The translations under genes and the position numbers were made by a program. The notes under the pieces were generated by a model that saw only the letters and a program-made list of their open reading frames with translations, made no database searches and was not told where the DNA came from. Below, one piece after another: positions 44,626 to 52,955 of a DNA stretch of 64,000 nt. The number at the start of each line of letters is the position of its first letter. Position 1 is the first letter of the stretch. This stretch comes from Gammaproteobacteria bacterium (GTDB lineage: Bacteria > Pseudomonadota > Gammaproteobacteria > Pseudomonadales > Pseudohongiellaceae): contig CANGUU010000007.1 of the NCBI GenBank assembly GCA_947457195.1, forward strand, positions 2,967 through 66,966, given 5' to 3'.

Positions 44626-46153
44626 TGTCACGCGTATTCCCGTCCTCATCGTCGGCTCCGGCGCCGCCGGCACGCTGCTCGCGCTGGAACTCGCGCGGCA
44701 TGGCGTGGAGTTCCGTTGCGTGGACCGTCTGCCGCAGCCTTCGCGCTACTCGCGGGCTGTCACGGTGCATGCGCGTTCGCTGGAAATGTTCGCGCGCATC
44801 GACGAGGGCCTGCTGCAGCGCTTTCTGACGCGCGGTATCCACAGCCCTGGCTACGTGATGCATTACGTCGACGCCGCCGGCACGCGCCGCGAGGTGCGGC
44901 CGGGGCTGGACTTCACGGCACTCGACTCGCGCTACCCCTTCCTGCTGCTGCACGGTCAGGATGACACCGAGGCCCATCTGCGCGCGCATTTGCACGAGCG
45001 CTACGGGCGCAGAACCGAGTGGGGCGTGACCTGCACCCACGTCGTGCAGACGGGCGATGTCATCACCGTCACCCTGCAGGACGCCGAGGGCATCGAGGAA
45101 GTCGTGGAGTGCCGGTACCTCGTGGCCTGCGACGGCGCCAACTCGCGCATCCGCCAGCAACTGCAGTGGGAGCAGGATGGCAGCGACTACGCCGGTACCG
45201 TGCTGCAGAACCTCGACATCCACCTGCACGGCTTTCCCGATGACCCCGACTGGGTGCACTACTGCATGGGCCCCGACCATTTCGTGATGGTCGTGAGGCT
45301 GCCCGGCGGTCATTTCCGCCTGCTCATGAGTCAGCCCGCCGACAAGGCCGCGCCCGACGCCGTGCCCGAGCAGGTGTTCGGCAACATCCTCGACCAGCAC
45401 TTCGACGGCATCCACCTCGACGAGGCTGTGTGGCACTCACGTTGGGGCAGCCGTATCCATCTCGCCCGCCATTACCGCAAGGGCAATGTGTTCCTGGCCG
45501 GCGATGCCGCGCACGTGCATTCCACGGCGGGCGGTCAGGGCATGAACTGCTGCCTGCAGGATGCCTATAACCTGGGCTGGAAGCTTGCCTATGTGTTGCA
45601 GGGCAAGGCACCAGCTGCGCTGCTCGACAGCTACGAGCTGGAGCGCAAGCCCATCGGCAGCCAGGTGATCGCGGCTGCCTCGGCGATCCATACCCTGTTC
45701 ATGGCAGGGCGCAATAGCGATCCGGCCGAGCTGCTGACGCTACGCGAGTCCGGCCAGCTGCAGGCGCTTGTTGCGCAGGTCAGCGGTCTCAGCTACCACT
45801 ACCGCAGCGCGCTGGACGCCGGCAAGCCCGGGCTGCAACCCGGAGATCGCGTCCCTGATCTCGCGCTGCCGCAGGGCTCGCTCTATGCGCTCTCGCGCCA
45901 TGCGCGCCATGTGCTGGTATTGGCCAGTGCCGGTCCGCTTTCGGCGGCGCAGCGGGCTCAGCTGACGCAGGCGCTGGCCCCCTACGGTGCCGTGTTACAA
46001 CCGCTCACTGTCGAGCATGCGCCAGCCGCGCTGCTAAAAGCCGGCGCCGACCAACTGCTGTTGATCCGCCCCGACGGCTATCTCGCGCTGCGGGCACCGC
46101 TGTTCGATACCGCTGCGCTGGCGCAGTACGCCGCGCAGCACTGGCTGAGTTAG
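44618..46153 (+). CDS. FAD-dependent aromatic-ring monooxygenase (PheA/TfdB style)
   Basis: ATG 44618 overlaps the folA 3' end by 8 nt. Motifs are VLIVGSGAAGTLLALELARHG, ACDGANSRIR and GDAAHVHSTAGGQGMN. The substrate is unknown. Confidence 0.8.
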   Translation: MPDVTRIPVLIVGSGAAGTLLALELARHGVEFRCVDRLPQPSRYSRAVTVHARSLEMFARIDEGLLQRFLTRGIHSPGYVMHYVDAAGTRREVRPGLDFTALDSRYPFLLLHGQDDTEAHLRAHLHERYGRRTEWGVTCTHVVQTGDVITVTLQDAEGIEEVVECRYLVACDGANSRIRQQLQWEQDGSDYAGTVLQNLDIHLHGFPDDPDWVHYCMGPDHFVMVVRLPGGHFRLLMSQPADKAAPDAVPEQVFGNILDQHFDGIHLDEAVWHSRWGSRIHLARHYRKGNVFLAGDAAHVHSTAGGQGMNCCLQDAYNLGWKLAYVLQGKAPAALLDSYELERKPIGSQVIAAASAIHTLFMAGRNSDPAELLTLRESGQLQALVAQVSGLSYHYRSALDAGKPGLQPGDRVPDLALPQGSLYALSRHARHVLVLASAGPLSAAQRAQLTQALAPYGAVLQPLTVEHAPAALLKAGADQLLLIRPDGYLALRAPLFDTAALAQYAAQHWLS

Positions 46154-46252
46154 CGCCACACACGCAGATGGTCTGGGCAGCAGCGCTCTGGTGTAATGCC
46201 CTGCCAGGCAGGCACGCGTTGCTGCCAGGTTCTTTCGCCGAGGGACCCTGCC

Positions 46253-47209
46253 ATGAACAAGCGCATCCAGGAACTCAACGAGCAGATCAAGCGACTGGAG
46301 GCGGAGCTGCGGCAGGAAATCCAGCGCATACGCCTCCAGACCTATGAGATCCGTGATCGTGCCGTGCACTTCCGCGACGAGATCCGCGCGGAGCATCGCG
46401 CGCAGCTGGTGCGGGTGTATCGGTACCTTCGGCACGCCAAGCTCAAGCATCTGCTCACGGCACCGGTGATCTGGTTATGCCTGTGGCCGGCCTTGCTGCT
46501 CGATCTCATCGTTACGCTCTACCAGGCTGTGTGCTTTCCGGTGTACGGCATTCCCAAGGTGAAGCGCGCCGACCACATCGCCATCGATCGCCACTACCTC
46601 GGCTATCTCAACGTCATTGAAAAGCTCAACTGCCTCTACTGCAGCTACTTCAATGGTGTGCTGGCCTATGTGCGCGAGATCGCCGGACGTACCGAGCAAT
46701 ACTGGTGTCCCATCAAGCACGCTGCCCAACTCAAGAGCCAGCACAGCCGCTACGGGCGCTTTGCCGAATACGGTGATGCGGAGACGTTCCGTCGCGAATT
46801 TCCACGCTTGCGCCAGGATTTCACCGACACGCAACCCTTCATCCTGAACCGGGATCCCGCCGGCAGTTACTTCACCGACGAACTCTGCCACATCAACGAG
46901 CTGTGCAACTCGGCTGACGATCCAGCCGTCTCGGTGGCGGAGGCGCGCGTAGAGCCCGGTGTCACCACGCGCTGGCACCGCTTGCGCGGGACCGTGGAGC
47001 GCTACGTGATCCTGAGTGGCAGCGGCAGTGTCGAGGTGGGGGACTTGCTGCCGACGACGGTGACGGCGGGCAGCGTCGTGGTGATTCCCGCCAGCTGCCG
47101 GCAGCGTATCCGCAACACCGGCAGCAGCGACCTCGTGTTCCTGGCCCTCTGTTCGCCACGCTTCGAGCAGCACAACTACGAAGACGTCGAGCACGCCGCC
47201 ACGCCCTGA
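46253..47209 (+). CDS. Fusion protein: N-terminal coiled-coil/TM/Cys-rich domain plus C-terminal cupin domain
   Basis: 318 aa. It has a coiled coil (NEQIKRLEAELRQEIQRI), a TM segment (LLTAPVIWLCLWPALLLDLIVTLY), a Cys cluster (LNCLYCSY...WCPIKH) and a C-terminal cupin-like beta-barrel (RWHRLRGTVERYVILSGSGSVEVGD...VVVIPASCRQRIRNTG). Confidence 0.5.
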   Translation: MNKRIQELNEQIKRLEAELRQEIQRIRLQTYEIRDRAVHFRDEIRAEHRAQLVRVYRYLRHAKLKHLLTAPVIWLCLWPALLLDLIVTLYQAVCFPVYGIPKVKRADHIAIDRHYLGYLNVIEKLNCLYCSYFNGVLAYVREIAGRTEQYWCPIKHAAQLKSQHSRYGRFAEYGDAETFRREFPRLRQDFTDTQPFILNRDPAGSYFTDELCHINELCNSADDPAVSVAEARVEPGVTTRWHRLRGTVERYVILSGSGSVEVGDLLPTTVTAGSVVVIPASCRQRIRNTGSSDLVFLALCSPRFEQHNYEDVEHAATP

Positions 47210-47276
47210 CCGTCACGTCCGGCGGGCGAGCCTGCTGCAAAGGCCTGGCTGGCCCGCCGGGCGCTGCCTGCGTGCT

Positions 47277-48128
47277 TCATTCGCCAATCAGTTGCCGTAC
47301 CTTCCAGTGACCGTATGCCGGTGCCAGCTGTTCCTGCAGGCGTGGCAGCAGCGACCGCAGCGCGCCCGGCAGCGTGAAGGGCGGGTTCACCACCAGCATG
47401 CCGCTGGCCGTGAGTCCGTGGCCACCGCGGTCCGGCGCCACGCCGAGTTCGAACTGCCAGAGATCCCGCACACCGCTGCGCTGCAGGCCCGTCAGGAGCG
47501 ACTCGACATCCAGGCGCTCCACCACCGGGTACCACAGCAGCAGCTGCGCGGCGCGCATGCGCTGCTGCAGGTCGGCGATCAGTCTCACCACCTTGCGGTA
47601 GTCATCCTTGCGCTCGTAGGAGGGATCGATCAGGACCACGGCCCGCTTCTGTACCGGCGGCAGCAGCGCCAGCGCTCGCTGGTAACCGTCGGCCTGCTCC
47701 ACACTGCAGCGGCGGTCCCCCTGCAGGTGCCCCGCCAGCAGCTCCACGTCGGTCGGGTGCAGCTCGCAGAGATGCAGGTGGTCCTGCCGTCGCAGCAGGC
47801 CCGCCGCCAGGAGCGGCGACCCCGGGTACTGCCGACGCGCCAGCCAGGGCTGTACGGCAGCCGCGTAGCCGGCCAACAGGTCGTGTTCCTCGCCCGTGGT
47901 CGCTGCCAGCAGCCCGGCGAGATCGAGCCGCAGAATGCCGGCACTCGCCTCGCCGGTCTGCAGCGCCTGTTCAGAGCGCAGGCTGTAGCGGCCGGCCCCG
48001 GCGTGGGTATCGAGAAAGAACAGCGCGGCCTCCTTGCGCAGCGCGTACTGCAGCGTGGCGCACAGCACCAGATGCTTGAGGATGTCGGCGTGGTTGCCGG
48101 CGTGGAAGGCGTGGCGGTAGGAAAGCAT
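47277..48128 (-). CDS. rlmJ: 23S rRNA (adenine2030-N6)-methyltransferase
   Basis: 283 aa with N-terminus MLSYRHAFHAGNHADILKH. Other motifs are LDTHAGAG and VLIDPSYE. Confidence 0.9.
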   Translation of the reverse strand: MLSYRHAFHAGNHADILKHLVLCATLQYALRKEAALFFLDTHAGAGRYSLRSEQALQTGEASAGILRLDLAGLLAATTGEEHDLLAGYAAAVQPWLARRQYPGSPLLAAGLLRRQDHLHLCELHPTDVELLAGHLQGDRRCSVEQADGYQRALALLPPVQKRAVVLIDPSYERKDDYRKVVRLIADLQQRMRAAQLLLWYPVVERLDVESLLTGLQRSGVRDLWQFELGVAPDRGGHGLTASGMLVVNPPFTLPGALRSLLPRLQEQLAPAYGHWKVRQLIGE

Positions 48129-48226
48129 GGGCGTAAGACCTCAGCCGGCAGGGGGTGGGCAGTCGCGCGCGCGGCGGCGTGACCGGGGAAGGACGTGCGG
48201 GGTGGCGTGCCTGGGGTCGTTGGCAT

Positions 48227-49474
48227 TCACAGGCCGTACTGCAGGCGCTTGTTCAGGCTGCGCCAGTGGTGGCGCAGCAGCAGCTTGTCGGTCTCGGCCA
48301 TCGGCAGGTCATCGAGTGCGGCCGGCCACAGCGTACGGGCGCGCTCCACGGTCTCCGCCAGCAGCGGTCGGAGCTGCCGCCAGGGCACTCCCACGGCGGC
48401 ACTCCACTGCGCGAAGTGGCGGAACTCCAGCGCCGACCAGTCGACACACTCGCCGATGGCGAGCGGCGGACGCCCGGCGCTGGGTGGGGCGAAGCCGAGA
48501 TCGTAGGCCGGGGCCAGCGTGGCGCGCTGGCCGTCGTCGTAGCGCAGGCTCCAGTTCTTGAGGTGCTGGTCGCCGTTGCCGAGCAGCACGTTGACCAGCA
48601 AGCGCTGGGCGAAGGCGCGCACGTTGCCGAGCCCCTGGGGTGTGTAGCGGTAGAGCAGTCGGCCGATTTGTACCGCATCGCAGGCCCGGTACTTGGCCGA
48701 GGGAGCAACGCCGAGCGCCTGTGCCAGATCCTCGACCTGCACGGCGCTGCCGTCGGGACGGCGATCGAAGCGGCGCACGGCGAGGGCGGGTTCGCTGACC
48801 GCCTCGGCGGGGATCTCTGCATTCCAGTCGGCGGCCGGCACCAGCTGCGCTTCCACACAGGGCACGCCGGCCAACCCGGCAAGCTGGAGGGCGCTGAACT
48901 CGGCGCGGGTCGCCGCAGGCTGTGCGGCGGTGGGCAGCTTGAGCAACCAGTCGGCCGCGGCAGCCGGGCAGGGCCGCAGCGTGCCTCCATCGAGGCGGAC
49001 TGCCAGCTTGGGCTGCTTGCCGCCGAGGGCCGTCAGCCCCGTCAGCGGCAGTGGCGGCACCGCTAGCGGCTGGACGTGGGCCGTGTAGTCGAGCACCCCG
49101 GGGGGGATGCGCTCCGGCGGCAGGGCCTCGATCTGCCAGGCACCGGGCAGCGCCTGCCCCAGGCAGGCCAGCAGATCGAAGGGGGCGGCCACCAATTCTG
49201 CAGACAGCCAACGCCGCCCGCCGGCCTCCGGCAGCAGATTGGCCAACAGCGGTGGCAACTCGTCGCTGCCGCGCCAGGCCGAGGCAAACAGGGCCCGGGC
49301 ACGTGGATGCAGGCCGGTGCCGGCCAGCGTCAGGGCAGGGCGCTGCGGCAGCTCACGCCAGGCCGGGTCGAACAGCAGCAGCAGGGCGCCGGGCTGCCGC
49401 AGCAGATGGCCGACCACGCTGCCGTGAAGCCGCAGTTGCAGCACGTGCAGGCTGTGGCGCCGTTCAGCGGGCAT
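48227..49474 (-). CDS. hipA: HipA-family type II toxin (Ser/Thr kinase fold)
   Basis: 415 aa. The N-terminal HipA coupling domain is LHVLQLRLHGSVVGHL. The catalytic-loop style motif is LLGNGDQHLKNWSL. It overlaps the hipB 3' end by 11 nt. Confidence 0.85.
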   Translation of the reverse strand: MPAERRHSLHVLQLRLHGSVVGHLLRQPGALLLLFDPAWRELPQRPALTLAGTGLHPRARALFASAWRGSDELPPLLANLLPEAGGRRWLSAELVAAPFDLLACLGQALPGAWQIEALPPERIPPGVLDYTAHVQPLAVPPLPLTGLTALGGKQPKLAVRLDGGTLRPCPAAAADWLLKLPTAAQPAATRAEFSALQLAGLAGVPCVEAQLVPAADWNAEIPAEAVSEPALAVRRFDRRPDGSAVQVEDLAQALGVAPSAKYRACDAVQIGRLLYRYTPQGLGNVRAFAQRLLVNVLLGNGDQHLKNWSLRYDDGQRATLAPAYDLGFAPPSAGRPPLAIGECVDWSALEFRHFAQWSAAVGVPWRQLRPLLAETVERARTLWPAALDDLPMAETDKLLLRHHWRSLNKRLQYGL

Positions 49475-49760
49475 GTTGACCGAGCAGACCGGCCCAGGGA
49501 TCTTCCAAGGCCTGCGCGGCCGGGGCCGGGCTGGCGGCGCCCTCGAGCAGGGCCGCCACGGCAGCTACCCGGTCCTGCGGGATGAGCAGCAGCGTGGCGT
49601 CGAGCGCCCCGGCAATACTGAGCAGGGTATCCAGCCGTGGATTGCCGTTGGCCTCGATGCGCTGGTACTGCTGCTGGTCCATGCCGATGCGCGACTTGAG
49701 GTCACCCTGCTGCAGGCCGAGTGCCAGCCGCCGTTGCTTTAATTGCTCGTGCAGATGCAT
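49464..49760 (-). CDS. hipB: HipB-like XRE-family HTH antitoxin
   Basis: 98 aa. The HTH is LKQRRLALGLQQGDLKSRIGMDQQQYQRIEANGNPRLDTLLSIAGAL. It lies immediately upstream of hipA and overlaps it. Confidence 0.75.
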   Translation of the reverse strand: MHLHEQLKQRRLALGLQQGDLKSRIGMDQQQYQRIEANGNPRLDTLLSIAGALDATLLLIPQDRVAAVAALLEGAASPAPAAQALEDPWAGLLGQHAR

Positions 49761-49789
49761 GCCGCTGCTCCTGAGGGAGGGGGCAAGTG

Positions 49790-49915
49790 TAGCCCTGCAG
49801 GACGGGGAGATAAAAGTGCGTAATACAGCTTTTTAATTGTTGAAATCTGAGTGCAATCTGGAGATTTGTTAATAAAATCGATTATAAAAAGATGTAATAC
49901 AACGTTTATGACTAA
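49790..49915 (-). promoter_or_regulatory. AT-rich spacer upstream of hipBA (probable promoter/operator region)
   Basis: About 120 bp are far more AT-rich than anything else in the window. The spacer contains two direct copies of TGTATTAC (on the minus strand) and an AATCGATT palindrome. I could not convincingly place a canonical -35/-10 pair or a TATCC-N8-GGATA HipB operator. Confidence 0.4.
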
Positions 49916-50520
49916 AGTGTCTGCTCGCCCCACCGGTGCGGACCACTGTCCAGCCCGAACAGGTCGAGCGCCCGCCCGACGCTTTGCTCCACCATGTCCT
50001 GCAGGCTGGCCGGCCGCGCATAGAACGCCGGCACCGGTGGCATCACCACCGCCCCCATCTGCGTCACGTTAAGCATGGCCTGCAGGTGGCCGGCGTGCAG
50101 CGGCGTTTCGCGCACCATCAACACCAGGCGCCGCCGTTCCTTGAGCACCACGTCGGCAGCGCGGCTGAGCAGGGAGGCCGTCACCCCGCTGCTGATTTCG
50201 CCGAGGGTGCGGATCGAGCAGGGCGCCACCAGCATACCGAGCGAGCGAAAGCTGCCGCTGGCCAGTGCCGCGCCGATGTCGCTGTTCTGGTAGTGCCGGT
50301 CGGCAAGCGCACAGAGCTCGGCGTACTTGAGGTCGGTCTCGTGGCCGAGCGTGACGATGGCCGACTTGCTTGCTACCAGGTGGCTTTCGATGCCCAGCCG
50401 CCGCAGCAGCTGCAACGCCGTGATGCCATACACGATGCCGCTGGCCCCGCTGATGCCCACGATCAGGCGCGCCGGGACCGGCGCAGGGATCACCGCCGGC
50501 GAATGTGGCGTGGAATTCAT
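49912..50520 (-). CDS. ubiX: UbiX-family flavin prenyltransferase
   Basis: 202 aa from ATG 50520. Motifs are RLIVGISGASGIVYG, VLMVRETPLH and MPPVPAFY. Confidence 0.9.
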   Translation of the reverse strand: MNSTPHSPAVIPAPVPARLIVGISGASGIVYGITALQLLRRLGIESHLVASKSAIVTLGHETDLKYAELCALADRHYQNSDIGAALASGSFRSLGMLVAPCSIRTLGEISSGVTASLLSRAADVVLKERRRLVLMVRETPLHAGHLQAMLNVTQMGAVVMPPVPAFYARPASLQDMVEQSVGRALDLFGLDSGPHRWGEQTL

Positions 50521-50631
50521 ATATGCTTGCCGCTCTTCGAAGAAACCGGTCTCCAAGGCTGCGTGCCGGCAGAATCTGCGCACCAGCCTTGCCCGGTTTG
50601 GCCGCATTGTACTCACTCAGCCGTTCACCCG

Positions 50632-52551
50632 ATGCCTCTGTTCCGCCTCGACGATATCCAGCTCGCCTACGGCACGCATGTGCTGCTCGACCATGTCTCG
50701 TTCACCCTGCAGCCGGGTGAACGCTGGGGCCTGCTCGGGCGCAACGGCGCCGGTAAATCGACCTTCCTCAAGCTGCTGAGTGGCCAGATCAAGGCCGACG
50801 GCGGCGAATTTTGGGTACAGCCGGAAACCCGGGTGGCCTACCTGGATCAGGAGCTGCCAACCGCCAGCGCGCAGACCGTGTTCGACTACGTGGCCGACGG
50901 GCTGGCCGGTCCGGCCGCCCTCATCAAGCAATTCCACCACCTGATCGAGCAGGAGCCGACCCCCGCCGTGCTCCGGCAGCTCGACGAAGTGCAGCGCGAC
51001 ATCGACACCCAGAACGCCTGGAGCGTGCAGCAGCGAGTCGACAGCATCATCTCCACACTGCAGCTGCCCGCCCACAAGCAGATGCAGGAGCTTTCCGGTG
51101 GCTGGGCCCGGCGGGTGGCGCTCGGCCGTGCCCTGGTCAGCGATCCGGACGTGCTGCTCCTGGACGAACCCACCAACCACCTCGACATCCCGGCCATCCA
51201 GTGGCTCGAAAAACAGCTGCAGGACTACCGCGGCGCCGTGGTGGTCATCACCCACGATCGCTCGTTCCTGCAGGCGGTGGCCAACCGTATTCTCGAACTC
51301 GACCGTGGCCTGCTGCGCCTGTGGCAGCACGACTACCGTCGCTTCCTGGTATTTCGTGACCAGCAGCTCGAAGCCGAAGCCAAGGCCAACAGCGAATTCG
51401 ACAAGAAGCTGGCGCAGGAAGAGGTGTGGATACGTCAGGGCATCAAGGCACGTCGTACGCGCAACGAAGGCCGTGTGCGGGCCCTGGAAGCCATGCGCGA
51501 GGAGTTCAGGGCGCGGCGCGTGGTGGAAGGCAAGGCCAGCATGCAGCTCAACAGCGCCGAGCAGAGCGGCAAGGTGGTGATGGAGCTCGAGGATATTTCA
51601 CACGGCTACGGCGACCGCCAGCTGATCCGCCACTTCTCCACCAAGGTGCTGCGCGGTGACAAGATCGGGCTCATTGGCCCCAACGGCGGCGGCAAGACCA
51701 CGCTGCTGAAGATCCTGCTCGGCCAGCTGCAGCCCGAGCGCGGCAAGGTGAAGATCGGCACCAAGCTGGAGCTGGCCTATTTCGACCAGCTCCGCGGTGA
51801 ACTCGCGCCGGAAAAAAGCGTGCGGGACAACCTCGCTGAGGGCAGCGACTACGTCGAGATCAACGGCAAGCCACGCCATGTGATTTCGTATCTGCAGGAA
51901 TTCCTGTTTACACCGGACCGGCTGCGCCAGCCGGTGAAGTCGCTGTCCGGTGGCGAGCAGAACCGGCTCATTCTGGCGCGCCTGTTCAGCAAGCCAGCCA
52001 ACCTGCTGGTGCTCGACGAGCCCACCAATGACCTCGATCTGGAAACCCTCGAGCTGCTGGAAGAGCTGCTGCTGCAGTTCGAAGGCACCCTGCTGCTGGT
52101 GAGTCACGACCGCGCCTTCCTCGACAACGTTGTGCAAAGCTGCATCGTGTTCGAAGGTGGAGGCCGTGTGCAGCGCTACGTGGGTGGCTATGCCGACTGG
52201 GTGCGGCAGGGCGGGGAGTTCAGCGAGCCGGCAGCGCAACCGGCCGCTGCCCCGGCCAACCCGTCGAGCCCGGCCCCTGCTTCCGTGCCGGCTGCTGCAG
52301 CGCCCGCCGCCCAGCCTGCGCCCAGCGCTGCCAAGCCCAAGCTGAGCTACAAGGAGCAGCGCGAACTCGAGCAGCTGCCGCGAGACATCGACGCGACGGA
52401 ACAGGAGATCGCCAGGCTGGAAGCGGCAGTCGCGGCACCGGGCTTTTTCCAGAAGCCCCACGCCGACACCGAGCCGGTGTACCGGCAGCTCGGGCTGGCC
52501 CAGCAGAAGCTTGAGCGTCTCTACCTGCGCTGGCAGCAGCTGGAAGGCTAG
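50632..52551 (+). CDS. uup: ABC-F family ATPase (Uup-like) with C-terminal coiled coil
   Basis: 639 aa with two cassettes and no TM domain. Cassette 1 has GRNGAGKST, LSGGWARRVALGRAL and LLLDEPTNHLD. Cassette 2 has GPNGGGKTT, LSGGEQNRLILARL and LVLDEPTNDLD. An Ala/Pro-rich linker and a terminal coiled coil follow. Confidence 0.85.
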   Translation: MPLFRLDDIQLAYGTHVLLDHVSFTLQPGERWGLLGRNGAGKSTFLKLLSGQIKADGGEFWVQPETRVAYLDQELPTASAQTVFDYVADGLAGPAALIKQFHHLIEQEPTPAVLRQLDEVQRDIDTQNAWSVQQRVDSIISTLQLPAHKQMQELSGGWARRVALGRALVSDPDVLLLDEPTNHLDIPAIQWLEKQLQDYRGAVVVITHDRSFLQAVANRILELDRGLLRLWQHDYRRFLVFRDQQLEAEAKANSEFDKKLAQEEVWIRQGIKARRTRNEGRVRALEAMREEFRARRVVEGKASMQLNSAEQSGKVVMELEDISHGYGDRQLIRHFSTKVLRGDKIGLIGPNGGGKTTLLKILLGQLQPERGKVKIGTKLELAYFDQLRGELAPEKSVRDNLAEGSDYVEINGKPRHVISYLQEFLFTPDRLRQPVKSLSGGEQNRLILARLFSKPANLLVLDEPTNDLDLETLELLEELLLQFEGTLLLVSHDRAFLDNVVQSCIVFEGGGRVQRYVGGYADWVRQGGEFSEPAAQPAAAPANPSSPAPASVPAAAAPAAQPAPSAAKPKLSYKEQRELEQLPRDIDATEQEIARLEAAVAAPGFFQKPHADTEPVYRQLGLAQQKLERLYLRWQQLEG

Positions 52552-52955
52552 GCCTGGCGAACGGCGGTGGCTTCGATCTCCACCAGCAGCGCCGGGTGCG
52601 CCAGACCCGCCACGGCGAGCAAGGTACCGCTGGGTTTGACCGCGCAGGCCTGCAGCTCCCGCGTCACCACGTCATAGGCCGCGTTGAAGGTGGCCATGTC
52701 GGTGGTGTAGTAGTTGAGCCGCACCAGATCGCCGGGGCCGTAACCGGACTGAGCGAGCAGCACACGCAAATTGGCAAAGGCCTGCTCCAGCTGTGCGCGC
52801 ATGTTGCCGGGGTGCAGCGGGAGGCCGTCCGCATCCACCGAGGTCTGGCCGGAGCAGTACAGCACCTGGCCGGACGCCGCCGTCTCCACCGCCTGCGAAA
52901 ACGACAGCGGATCCTGCCACTGCCAGGGATTGATGGCGCGCGGCGCGTGGCTCAT
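52548..52955 (-). CDS. RidA/YjgF-family protein
   Basis: 135 aa. Its start overlaps the stop of the upstream 1260-aa gene by 4 nt. The motifs LYCSGQTSVD...YTTDMATFNAAY...AGLAHPALLVEIEATA fit the RidA style. Confidence 0.8.
   Translation of the reverse strand: MSHAPRAINPWQWQDPLSFSQAVETAASGQVLYCSGQTSVDADGLPLHPGNMRAQLEQAFANLRVLLAQSGYGPGDLVRLNYYTTDMATFNAAYDVVTRELQACAVKPSGTLLAVAGLAHPALLVEIEATAVRQA

Noticed and set aside
49790-49915. A canonical sigma70 promoter and E. coli-type HipB operators (TATCC-N8-GGATA) in the AT-rich spacer.
   Set aside because: A TATAAT hexamer exists on the minus strand, but I found no -35 element at 16-18 bp and no TATCC/GGATA pairs. I therefore report only a generic regulatory region.
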